From Yuukianura sp. NJ FZ-2021 (taxonomy: Eukaryota), in assembly GCA_046563655.1 (NCBI GenBank), contig JAJCTO010000011.1:620001-684000 (forward strand): a stretch of DNA of 64,000 nucleotides. The letters run 5' to 3'. The notes below the pieces were generated by a model that ran no database searches, was not told where the DNA came from, and saw nothing but the letters and a program-made list of their open reading frames with translations. Position numbers and translations under genes: made by a program. This document shows positions 10,801 through 23,608 of the stretch, one piece after another (position 1 is the first letter of the stretch; each line of letters starts with the position of its first letter).

Positions 10801-13800
10801 TTGAGACTTGAATTTTCATAAATAAAGGTAACAAGATGAGGCACGACACAGCAAGTGAAAGTGGGCTCCTGTAGCACTTTTTATGAGGGTTTCAAAAATG
10901 TAGTTGACTTTTACCTAGCATCGTTCCGGAATGCATTTCTTTTGAATTCTTTGTTTTGAAACTTGAATTTTCATAAAGAAAAGTAACGAGATGAGGGACG
11001 CCACGGCAAGTGAAAGTGGGTTCCTGTAGCACTTTTTATGAGGATTTCGAAAATGTAGTTGACTTTTACCCAGCACCGTTCCGGAATGCATTTCTTTTGA
11101 ATTCTTTGTTTTGAGACTTGAATTTTCATAAATAAAGGTAACAAGATGAGGCACGACACAGCAAGTGAAAGTGGGCTCCTGTAGCACTTTTTATGAGGGT
11201 TTCAAAAATGTAGTTGACTTTTACCTAGCATCGTTCCGGAATGCATTTCTTTTGAATTCTTTGTTTTGAAACTTGGATTTTCATAAAGAAAAGTGACGAG
11301 ATGAGGGACGACACGGCAAGTGAAAGTGGGTTCCTGCAGCACTTTTTATGAGGATTTCGAAAATGTAGTCGACTTTCTTTTCATTCTCACATTTGCATGT
11401 TCATTCTCACAAATTTAAGTCGTTTTCGGCAAAATGGTGCTCGGCATTGCTCTGGGTGCCGTTTACCAACCCAAGATAAACTCCAAGGCAGAGCGGTTCA
11501 TCCAGACTTTTAAGTACACTCTAACCAGATTTAATGGCGATCTATCCACGCCAATCAAACTTGGGTTCCTGTAGTACTTTTCATGAGGATTTCAGAAAAG
11601 TAACCCATTTTCACCCGGCATCGCTCCGAGGAGGTTTCTGAAACAAATTTTCATAAAGAAAAGTAACGAGATGAGGGACGACACGGCAAGTGGAAGTGGG
11701 TTCCTGTAGCACTTTTTATGAGGATTTCGAAAATGTAGTCGACTTTCTGTTCATTCTCACATTTGCATGTTCATTCTCACAAATTTAAGTCGTTTTCGGC
11801 AAAATGGTGCTCGGCATTGCTCTGGGTGCCGTTTACCAACCCAAGATAAACTCCAAGGCAGAGCGGTTCATCCAGACTTTTAAGTACACTCTAACCAGAT
11901 TTAATGGCGATCTATCCACGCCAATCAAACTTGGGTTCCTGTAGTACTTTTCATGAGGATTTCGAAAATGAAGTTGACTTTTACCCAGCATCGTTCTGGA
12001 ATGCATTTCTTTTGAATTCTTTGTTTTGAAACTTGAATTTTCATAAAGAAAAGCAACGAGATGAGGGACGCCACGGCAAGTGAAAGTGGGTTCCTGTAGC
12101 ACTTTTTATGAGGATTTCGAAAATGTAGTTGACTTTTACCCAGCACCGTTCCGGAATGCATTTCTTTTGAATTCTTTGTTTTGAGACTTGAATTTTCATA
12201 AAGAAAAGTAACGACATGAGGGACGCCACGGCAAGTGAAAGTGGGTTCCTGTAGCACTTTTTATGAGGATTTCGAAAATGTAGTTGACTTTTACCCAGCA
12301 CCGTTCCGGAATGCATTTCTTTTGAATTCTTTGTTTTGAGACTTGAATTTTCATAAATAAAGGTAACAAGATGAGGCACGACACAGCAAGTGAAAGTGGG
12401 CTCCTGTAGCACTTTTTATGAGGGTTTCGAAAATGTAGTCGACTTTCTGTTCATTCTCACATTTGCATGTTCATTCTCACAAATTTAAGTCGTTTTCGGC
12501 AAAATGGTGCTCGGCATTGCTCTGGGTGCCGTTTACCAACCCAAGATAAACTCCGAGGCAGAGCGGTTCATCCAGACTTTTATGTACACTCTAACCAGAT
12601 TTAATGGCGATCTATCCACGCCAATCAAACTTGGGTTCCTGTAGTACTTTTCATGAGGATTTCAGAAAAGTAACCCATTTTCACCCGGCATCGCTCCGAG
12701 GAGGTTTCTGAAACAAATTTTCATAAAGAAAAGTAACGAGATGAGGGACGCCACGGCAAGTGAAAGTGGGTTCCTGTAGCACTTTTTATGAGGATTTCGA
12801 AAATGTAGTTGACTTTTACCCAGCATCGTTCCGGAATGCATTTCTTTTGAATTCTTTGTTTTGAAACTTGAATTTTCATAAAGAAAAGCAACGAGATGAG
12901 GGACGCCACGGCAAGTGAAAGTGGGTTCCTGTAGCACTTTTTATGAGGATTTCGAAAATGTAGTTGACTTTTACCCAGCATCGTTCCGGAATGCATTTCT
13001 TTTGAATTCTTTGTTTTGAAACTTGAATTTTCATAAATAAAGGTAACAAGATGAGGCACGACACAGCAAGTGAAAGTGGGTTCCTGTAGCACTTTTTATG
13101 AGGATTTCAAAAATGTAGTTGACTTTTACCTAGCATCGTTCCGGAATGCATTTCTTTTGAATTCTTTGTTTTGAAACTTGAATTTTCATAAAGAAAAGTA
13201 ACGAGATGAGGGACGCCACGGCAAGTGAAAGTGGGTTCCTGTAGCACTTTTTATGAGGATTTCGAAAATGTAGTTGACTTTTACCCAGCACCGTTCCGGA
13301 ATGCATTTCTTTTGAATTCTTTGTTTTGAGACTTGAATTTTCATAAATAAAGGTAACAAGATGAGGCACGACACAGCAAGTGAAAGTGGGCTCCTGTAGC
13401 ACTTTTTATGAGGGTTTCAAAAATGTAGTTGACTTTTACCTAGCATCGTTCCGGAATGCATTTCTTTTGAATTCTTTGTTTTGAAACTTGGATTTTCATA
13501 AAGAAAAGTGACGAGATGAGGGACGACACGGCAAGTGAAAGTGGGTTCCTGCAGCACTTTTTATGAGGATTTCGAAAATGTAGTCGACTTTCTTTTCATT
13601 CTCACATTTGCATGTTCATTCTCACAAATTTAAGTCGTTTTCGGCAAAATGGTGCTCGGCATTGCTCTGGGTGCCGTTTACCAACCCAAGATAAACTCCA
13701 AGGCAGAGCGGTTCATCCAGACTTTTAAGTACACTCTAACCAGATTTAATGGCGATCTATCCACGCCAATCAAACTTGGGTTCCTGTAGTACTTTTCATG

Positions 13801-16800
13801 AGGATTTCAGAAAAGTAACCCATTTTCACCCGGCATCGCTCCGAGGAGGTTTCTGAAACAAATTTTCATAAAGAAAAGTAACGAGATGAGGGACGACACG
13901 GCAAGTGGAAGTGGGTTCCTGTAGCACTTTTTATGAGGATTTCGAAAATGTAGTCGACTTTCTGTTCATTCTCACATTTGCATGTTCATTCTCACAAATT
14001 TAAGTCGTTTTCGGCAAAATGGTGCTCGGCATTGCTCTGGGTGCCGTTTACCAACCCAAGATAAACTCCAAGGCAGAGCGGTTCATCCAGACTTTTAAGT
14101 ACACTCTAACCAGATTTAATGGCGATCTATCCACGCCAATCAAACTTGGGTTCCTGTAGTACTTTTCATGAGGATTTCGAAAATGAAGTTGACTTTTACC
14201 CAGCATCGTTCTGGAATGCATTTCTTTTGAATTCTTTGTTTTGAAACTTGAATTTTCATAAAGAAAAGCAACGAGATGAGGGACGCCACGGCAAGTGAAA
14301 GTGGGTTCCTGTAGCACTTTTTATGAGGATTTCGAAAATGTAGTTGACTTTTACCCAGCACCGTTCCGGAATGCATTTCTTTTGAATTCTTTGTTTTGAG
14401 ACTTGAATTTTCATAAAGAAAAGTAACGACATGAGGGACGCCACGGCAAGTGAAAGTGGGTTCCTGTAGCACTTTTTATGAGGATTTCGAAAATGTAGTT
14501 GACTTTTACCCAGCACCGTTCCGGAATGCATTTCTTTTGAATTCTTTGTTTTGAGACTTGAATTTTCATAAATAAAGGTAACAAGATGAGGCACGACACA
14601 GCAAGTGAAAGTGGGCTCCTGTAGCACTTTTTATGAGGGTTTCGAAAATGTAGTCGACTTTCTGTTCATTCTCACATTTGCATGTTCATTCTCACAAATT
14701 TAAGTCGTTTTCGGCAAAATGGTGCTCGGCATTGCTCTGGGTGCCGTTTACCAACCCAAGATAAACTCCGAGGCAGAGCGGTTCATCCAGACTTTTATGT
14801 ACACTCTAACCAGATTTAATGACGATCTATCCACGCCAATCAAACTTGGGTTCCTGTAGTACTTTTCATGAGGATTTCAGAAAAGTAACCCATTTTCACC
14901 CGGCATCGCTCCGAGGATTTTTCTGAAACAAATTTTCATAAAGAAAAGTAACGAGATGAGGGACGCCACGGCAAGTGAAAGTGGGTTCCTGTAGCACTTT
15001 TTATGAGGATTTCGAAAATGAAGTTGACTTTTACCCAGCATCGTTCTGGAATGCATTTCTTTTGAATTCTTTGTTTTGAAACTTGAATTTTCATAAAGAA
15101 AAGCAACGAGATGAGGGACGCCACGGCAAGTGAAAGTGGGTTCCTGTAGCACTTTTTATGAGGATTTCGAAAATGTAGTTGACTTTTACCCAGCACCGTT
15201 CCGGAATGCATTTCTTTTGAATTCTTTGTTTTGAGACTTGAATTTTCATAAATAAAGGTAACAAGATGAGGCACGACACAGCAAGTGAAAGTGGGCTCCT
15301 GTAGCACTTTTTATGAGGGTTTCAAAAATGTAGTTGACTTTTACCTAGCATCGTTCCGGAATGCATTTCTTTTGAATTCTTTGTTTTGAAACTTGGATTT
15401 TCATAAAGAAAAGTAACGAGATGAGGGACGACACGGCAAGTGAAAGTGGGTTCCTGTAGCACTTTTTATGAGGATTTCGAAAATGTAGTTGACTTTTACC
15501 CAGCATCGTTCCGGAATGCATTTCTTTTGAATTCTTTGTTTTGAAACTTGAATTTTCATAAAGAAAAGTAACGAGATGAGGGACGCCACGGCAAGTGAAA
15601 GTGGGTTCCTGTAGCACTTTTTATGAGGATTTCGAAAATGTAGTTGACTTTTACCCAGCACCGTTCCGGAATGCATTTCTTTTGAATTCTTTGTTTTGAG
15701 ACTTGAATTTTCATAAATAAAGGTAACAAGATGAGGCACGACACAGCAAGTGAAAGTGGGCTCCTGTAGCACTTTTTATGAGGGTTTCAAAAATGTAGTT
15801 GACTTTTACCTAGCATCGTTCCGGAATGCATTTCTTTTGAATTCTTTGTTTTGAAACTTGGATTTTCATAAAGAAAAGTGACGAGATGAGGGACGACACG
15901 GCAAGTGAAAGTGGGTTCCTGTAGCACTTTTTATGAGGATTTCGAAAATGTAGTCGACTTTCTTTTCATTCTCACATTTGCATGTTCATTCTCACAAATT
16001 TAAGTCGTTTTCGGCAAAATGGTGCTCGGCATTGCTCTGGGTGCCGTTTACCAACCCAAGATAAACTCCAAGGCAGAGCGGTTCATCCAGACTTTTAAGT
16101 ACACTCTAACCAGATTTAATGGCGATCTATCCACGCCAATCAAACTTGGGTTCCTGTAGTACTTTTCATGAGGATTTCAGAAAAGTAACCCATTTTCACC
16201 CGGCATCGCTCCGAGGAGGTTTCTGAAACAAATTTTCATAAAGAAAAGTAACGAGATGAGGGACGCCACGGCAAGTGAAAGTGGGTTCCTGTAGCACTTT
16301 TTATGAGGATTTCGAAAATGAAGTTGACTTTTACCCAGCATCGTTCTGGAATGCATTTCTTTTGAATTCTTTGTTTTGAAACTTGAATTTTCATAAAGAA
16401 AAGCAACGAGATGAGGGACGCCACGGCAAGTGAAAGTGGGTTCCTGTAGCACTTTTTATGAGGATTTCGAAAATGTAGTTGACTTTTACCCAGCACCGTT
16501 CCGGAATGCATTTCTTTTGAATTCTTTGTTTTGAGACTTGAATTTTCATAAATAAAGGTAACAAGATGAGGCACGACACAGCAAGTGAAAGTGGGCTCCT
16601 GTAGCACTTTTTATGAGGGTTTCAAAAATGTAGTTGACTTTTACCTAGCATCGTTCCGGAATGCATTTCTTTTGAATTCTTTGTTTTGAAACTTGGATTT
16701 TCATAAAGAAAAGTAACGAGATGAGGGACGACACGGCAAGTGAAAGTGGGTTCCTGTAGCACTTTTTATGAGGATTTCGAAAATGTAGTTGACTTTTACC

Positions 16801-19800
16801 CAGCATCGTTCCGGAATGCATTTCTTTTGAATTCTTTGTTTTGAAACTTGAATTTTCATAAAGAAAAGTAACGAGATGAGGGACGCCACGGCAAGTGAAA
16901 GTGGGTTCCTGTAGCACTTTTTATGAGGATTTCGAAAATGTAGTTGACTTTTACCCAGCACCGTTCCGGAATGCATTTCTTTTGAATTCTTTGTTTTGAG
17001 ACTTGAATTTTCATAAATAAAGGTAACAAGATGAGGCACGACACAGCAAGTGAAAGTGGGCTCCTGTAGCACTTTTTATGAGGGTTTCAAAAATGTAGTT
17101 GACTTTTACCTAGCATCGTTCCGGAATGCATTTCTTTTGAATTCTTTGTTTTGAAACTTGGATTTTCATAAAGAAAAGTGACGAGATGAGGGACGACACG
17201 GCAAGTGAAAGTGGGTTCCTGTAGCACTTTTTATGAGGATTTCGAAAATGTAGTCGACTTTCTTTTCATTCTCACATTTGCATGTTCATTCTCACAAATT
17301 TAAGTCGTTTTCGGCAAAATGGTGCTCGGCATTGCTCTGGGTGCCGTTTACCAACCCAAGATAAACTCCAAGGCAGAGCGGTTCATCCAGACTTTTAAGT
17401 ACACTCTAACCAGATTTAATGGCGATCTATCCACGCCAATCAAACTTGGGTTCCTGTAGTACTTTTCATGAGGATTTCAGAAAAGTAACCCATTTTCACC
17501 CGGCATCGCTCCGAGGAGGTTTCTGAAACAAATTTTCATAAAGAAAAGTAACGAGATGAGGGACGCCACGGCAAGTGAAAGTGGGTTCCTGTAGCACTTT
17601 TTATGAGGATTTCGAAAATGTAGTTGACTTTTACCCAGCATCGTTCCGGAATGCATTTCTTTTGAATTCTTTGTTTTGAAACTTGAATTTTCATAAAGAA
17701 AAGCAACGAGATGAGGGACGCCACGGCAAGTGAAAGTGGGTTCCTGTAGCACTTTTTATGAGGATTTCGAAAATGTAGTTGACTTTTACCCAGCACCGTT
17801 CCGGAATGCATTTCTTTTGAATTCTTTGTTTTGAGACTTGAATTTTCATAAATAAAGGTAACAAGATGAGGCACGACACAGCAAGTGAAAGTGGGCTCCT
17901 GTAGCACTTTTTATGAGGGTTTCAAAAATGTAGTTGACTTTTACCTAGCATCGTTCCGGAATGCATTTCTTTTGAATTCTTTGTTTTGAAACTTGAATTT
18001 TCATAAAGAAAAGTAACGAGATGAGGGACGCCACGGCAAGTGAAAGTGGGTTCCTGTAGCACTTTTTATGAGGATTTCGAAAATGTAGTTGACTTTTACC
18101 CAGCACCGTTCCGGAATGCATTTCTTTTGAATTCTTTGTTTTGAGACTTGAATTTTCATAAATAAAGGTAACAAGATGAGGCACGACACAGCAAGTGAAA
18201 GTGGGCTCCTGTAGCACTTTTTATGAGGGTTTCAAAAATGTAGTTGACTTTTACCTAGCATCGTTCCGGAATGCATTTCTTTTGAATTCTTTGTTTTGAA
18301 ACTTGGATTTTCATAAAGAAAAGTGACGAGATGAGGGACGACACGGCAAGTGAAAGTGGGTTCCTGTAGCACTTTTTATGAGGATTTCGAAAATGTAGTC
18401 GACTTTCTTTTCATTCTCACATTTGCATGTTCATTCTCACAAATTTAAGTCGTTTTCGGCAAAATGGTGCTCGGCATTGCTCTGGGTGCCGTTTACCAAC
18501 CCAAGATAAACTCCAAGGCAGAGCGGTTCATCCAGACTTTTAAGTACACTCTAACCAGATTTAATGGCGATCTATCCACGCCAATCAAACTTGGGTTCCT
18601 GTAGTACTTTTCATGAGGATTTCAGAAAAGTAACCCATTTTCACCCGGCATCGCTCCGAGGAGGTTTCTGAAACAAATTTTCATAAAGAAAAGTAACGAG
18701 ATGAGGGACGCCACGGCAAGTGAAAGTGGGTTCCTGTAGCACTTTTTATGAGGATTTCGAAAATGTAGTTGACTTTTACCCAGCATCGTTCCGGAATGCA
18801 TTTCTTTTGAATTCTTTGTTTTGAAACTTGAATTTTCATAAAGAAAAGCAACGAGATGAGGGACGCCACGGCAAGTGAAAGTGGGTTCCTGTAGCACTTT
18901 TTATGAGGATTTCGAAAATGTAGTTGACTTTTACCCAGCACCGTTCCGGAATGCATTTCTTTTGAATTCTTTGTTTTGAGACTTGAATTTTCATAAATAA
19001 AGGTAACAAGATGAGGCACGACACAGCAAGTGAAAGTGGGCTCCTGTAGCACTTTTTATGAGGGTTTCAAAAATGTAGTTGACTTTTACCTAGCATCGTT
19101 CCGGAATGCATTTCTTTTGAATTCTTTGTTTTGAAACTTGAATTTTCATAAAGAAAAGTAACGAGATGAGGGACGCCACGGCAAGTGAAAGTGGGTTCCT
19201 GTAGCACTTTTTATGAGGATTTCGAAAATGTAGTTGACTTTTACCCAGCACCGTTCCGGAATGCATTTCTTTTGAATTCTTTGTTTTGAGACTTGAATTT
19301 TCATAAATAAAGGTAACAAGATGAGGCACGACACAGCAAGTGAAAGTGGGCTCCTGTAGCACTTTTTATGAGGGTTTCAAAAATGTAGTTGACTTTTACC
19401 TAGCATCGTTCCGGAATGCATTTCTTTTGAATTCTTTGTTTTGAAACTTGGATTTTCATAAAGAAAAGTGACGAGATGAGGGACGACACGGCAAGTGAAA
19501 GTGGGTTCCTGCAGCACTTTTTATGAGGATTTCGAAAATGTAGTCGACTTTCTTTTCATTCTCACATTTGCATGTTCATTCTCACAAATTTAAGTCGTTT
19601 TCGGCAAAATGGTGCTCGGCATTGCTCTGGGTGCCGTTTACCAACCCAAGATAAACTCCAAGGCAGAGCGGTTCATCCAGACTTTTAAGTACACTCTAAC
19701 CAGATTTAATGGCGATCTATCCACGCCAATCAAACTTGGGTTCCTGTAGTACTTTTCATGAGGATTTCAGAAAAGTAACCCATTTTCACCCGGCATCGCT

Positions 19801-21662
19801 CCGAGGAGGTTTCTGAAACAAATTTTCATAAAGAAAAGTAACGAGATGAGGGACGACACGGCAAGTGGAAGTGGGTTCCTGTAGCACTTTTTATGAGGAT
19901 TTCGAAAATGTAGTCGACTTTCTGTTCATTCTCACATTTGCATGTTCATTCTCACAAATTTAAGTCGTTTTCGGCAAAATGGTGCTCGGCATTGCTCTGG
20001 GTGCCGTTTACCAACCCAAGATAAACTCCAAGGCAGAGCGGTTCATCCAGACTTTTAAGTACACTCTAACCAGATTTAATGGCGATCTATCCACGCCAAT
20101 CAAACTTGGGTTCCTGTAGTACTTTTCATGAGGATTTCAGAAAAGTAACCCATTTTCACCCGGCATCGCTCCGAGGAGGTTTCTGAAACAAATTTTCATA
20201 AAGAAAAGTAACGAGATGAGGGACGCCACGGCAAGTGAAAGTGGGTTCCTGTAGCACTTTTTATGAGGATTTCGAAAATGTAGTTGACTTTTACCCAGCA
20301 TCGTTCCGGAATGCATTTCTTTTGAATTCTTTGTTTTGAAACTTGAATTTTCATAAAGAAAAGTAACGAGATGAGGGACGCCACGGCAAGTGAAAGTGGG
20401 TTCCTGTAGCACTTTTTATGAGGATTTCGAAAATGTAGTTGACTTTTACCCAGCATCGTTCCGGAATGCATTTCTTTTGAATTCTTTGTTTTGAAACTTG
20501 AATTTTCATAAATAAAGGTGACAAGATGAAAGACGACGCAGCCAGTGAAAGTGGGCTCCTGTAGCACTTTTTATGAGGATTTCAAAAATGTAATTTACTT
20601 TCTGTTCATTCTCACATTTGCATGTTCATTCTCATAAATTTAAGTCGTTTTCGGCAAAATGGTGCTCGGCATTGCTCTGGGTGCCGTTTACCAACCCAAG
20701 ATAAACTCCAAGGCAGAGCGGTTCATCCAGACTTTTAAGTACACTCTAACCAGATTTAATGGCGATCTATCCACGCCAATCAAACTTGGGTTCCTGTAGT
20801 ACTTTTCATGAGGATTTCAGAAAAGTAACCCATTTTCACCCGGCATCGCTCCGAGGAGGTTTCTGAAACAAATTTTCATAAAGAAAAGTAACGAGATGAG
20901 GGACGCCACGGCAAGTGAAAGTGGGTTCCTGTAGCACTTTTTATGAGGATTTCGAAAATGTAGTTGACTTTTACCCAGCATCGTTCCGGAATGCATTTCT
21001 TTTGAATTCTTTGTTTTGAAACTTGAATTTTCATAAAGAAAAGTAACGAGATGAGGGACGCCACGGCAAGTGAAAGTGGATTCCTGTAGCACTTTTTATG
21101 AGGATTTCGAAAATGTAGTTGACTTTTACCCAGCATCGTTCCGGAATGCATTTCTTTTGAATTCTTTGTTTTGAAACTTGAATTTTCATAAATAAAGGTA
21201 ACAAGATGAGGGACGACACGGCAAGTGAATGTGGGGTTCTGTAGCACTTTTTATGAGGATTTCAAAAATGTAGTTGACTTTTACCTAGCATCGTTCCGGA
21301 ATGCATTTCTTTTGAATTCTTTGTTTTGAAACTTGAATTTTCATAAATAAAGGTAACAAGATGAGGCACGACACAGCAAGTGAAAGTGGGCTCCTGTAGC
21401 ACTTTTTATGAGGATTTCAAAAATGTAGTCGACTTTCTGTTCATTCTCACATTTGCATGTTCATTCTCACAAATTTAAGTCGTTTTCGACAAAATGGTGC
21501 TCGGCATTGCCCTGGGTGCCGTTTACCAACCCAAGATAAACTCCGAGGCAGAGCGGTTCATCCAGACTTTTAAGTACACTCTAACCAGATTTAATGGCGA
21601 TCTATCCACGCCAATCAAACTTGGGTTCCTGTAGTACTTTTCAGGAGGATTTCAGAAAAGTA

Positions 21663-23608
21663 CCCGAATGTCTGCCAACAATTAAGAAAAAGTTTCAATT
21701 TAAAAACGTCACAACACGAGAGGTCGCTACATCATGGAACAATATGAAAAAAGAATTCAACTACAACCGACACTACTGGACTATGCGCATACATGATTGA
21801 ACTAACTTTACGGGCCCCTAACATACTCAACAGTGTGACAGACATAATCAACGAAAGTTTCAAATCGTCAGTGGTTCCAGACTCTCTTAAGCAAGCGCAA
21901 ATTATTCTAATTCCCAAATGCCGGAAGCCCTGTGGTCTAAAGGATTACAGACCCATATCAATTCTTCCTGTACTTTTTAAAATCATTGAAAAGTGCGCAA
22001 AATCTCAACTGCTGAAACATTTGGAACATAATAATGTAATACACGAAAATCAATTCGGGTTTATCAAAGGAAGTTCAACAGTTCACGCCCAACTCGCAGT
22101 AACCGATGCCTTATACGATGGCTTTCATAAAAACAAAGTCTGCGCCGTCATAACACTAGATTTATCCAAAGCTTTCGACACGGTCAACCAGAAGATTTTA
22201 CTTGAAAAGCTGTCATGGTACGAAATCGAACACAAATGGTTTTCCTCTTATCTATCTTCACGGAAACAATTCGTCTCACTGGGCGGGGAAAAATCCTCAA
22301 ACATAGAAATTAAACTTGGAACTCCACAAGGCGGAATACTTTCACCTCTACTTTTCACCATCATGGTCAATGATCTCCTACTGCAATTCCAAAAATTTAG
22401 CAAAAATCTCCTCATCATGTTTGCTGACGACAACACTATGGTCGTTACAGGTGACCCAAGCACCCTTCAACAATTTAAACAAGAAGTAGAAGAAAGTGTG
22501 GAATTTGTCGTTAAGTGGATGAGTGAAAATCAGTTGATCATTAACCCAACAAAAAGTGCAATTCTATTATGCGCCAAACCCAGTATCCTAAAAAGTGTCG
22601 GCGAAATGAACTTTCTAATTTGCGGAGAAAATGTTCAGTCAAGTAAAGAAATTACCAGCTTAGGATTAATCATTGACAATTCAATGAAATGGGACGCTCA
22701 CATTACATCAATTTCTAAGAAAACACGCAGTGTCATAGCTTCACTCTATCCTCTACAAAGATTTCTTAATATGAAAAACCGGAAAACTATGATGGAAGCT
22801 TACGTTCTCTCCAAAGTTACATATATGTGCGAGATCTGGGGAAAAGCAAACAAGCAAAACCTTAAAACTGTGGAAAAAGTTATTTGTGCTGCAGGAAGAT
22901 TTGTACTCAACGGGAAAAAATATGACCCAGTGAAAGCGAAGGTCACGACCGAATTGAACTGGCTCTTTCCCAAACATCTAACTGATTTCCGTACAACATG
23001 GCTAGTTTCGACTATCATCTTAGGAAACTGCCCAAATTACTTTACAAATTACTTCAGCGAAGTCCAGTATACTCAATCAAGTACAACTACTAGAAGGAAG
23101 ACTCATGTAGCAAATTTAAACCGGAGAATTCATCCTCAATCCTTCAAAGCAAGTGGTTTTCGCAAGTGGATGGAAACGGAAGAGGATGTACGACGACTTA
23201 CCAATCCAACTGCAATAAAAATGAAGCTTCAGGACCATTTTTTGAAAGCTCAACAAAAGGAACTCGAACGCGGAAATGATATTCATATTGAGGATGAGGA
23301 TTGAAAAAATTCAATACGTAAAACACCTATTTTAGTAATGTAAGCTTTAAAGCAAAATAATTATAAATAAGTCATTCCATCACAAACATAATTTTATAAT
23401 TTTACAACAATTTAAAAAAAAACCAATTAGAAAAGCCATTTCTCAATAATCCTAGTAACTATTAAGACACACATCTTTCTTTAAATTACAACCGATACAG
23501 GTACACTAAATATTAGCAATATTAATTATAAGCCACTAAAACTATCACTAATTCTTATTCTGAAAAGCCTGCCATAAACAGGAGAATAAATGAAAATGAA
23601 AATGAAAA
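21663..23608 (+). mobile_element. 5'-truncated non-LTR retrotransposon, CR1/L2 group, copy 1
   Basis: RT ORF, AT-rich 3' UTR, short stem-loop cctg-ccataaa-cagg (23568-23582), AATAAA, then (TGAAAA)n tail. Inserted at satellite site gaaaagta(a)ccc, with aaaagta on both sides as candidate TSD. No endonuclease domain. Confidence 0.93.
21793..23304 (+). CDS. Non-LTR reverse transcriptase and C-terminal region (503 aa, N-terminally truncated)
   Basis: Motifs YRPISILP, QFGF, LDLSKAFDTV, WFSSYLSSRKQFV, GTPQGGILSPLLF, MFADD, LGLIID. Frameshifted relative to copy 2 in an A-run at ~21746. Confidence 0.92.
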   Translation: MIELTLRAPNILNSVTDIINESFKSSVVPDSLKQAQIILIPKCRKPCGLKDYRPISILPVLFKIIEKCAKSQLLKHLEHNNVIHENQFGFIKGSSTVHAQLAVTDALYDGFHKNKVCAVITLDLSKAFDTVNQKILLEKLSWYEIEHKWFSSYLSSRKQFVSLGGEKSSNIEIKLGTPQGGILSPLLFTIMVNDLLLQFQKFSKNLLIMFADDNTMVVTGDPSTLQQFKQEVEESVEFVVKWMSENQLIINPTKSAILLCAKPSILKSVGEMNFLICGENVQSSKEITSLGLIIDNSMKWDAHITSISKKTRSVIASLYPLQRFLNMKNRKTMMEAYVLSKVTYMCEIWGKANKQNLKTVEKVICAAGRFVLNGKKYDPVKAKVTTELNWLFPKHLTDFRTTWLVSTIILGNCPNYFTNYFSEVQYTQSSTTTRRKTHVANLNRRIHPQSFKASGFRKWMETEEDVRRLTNPTAIKMKLQDHFLKAQQKELERGNDIHIEDED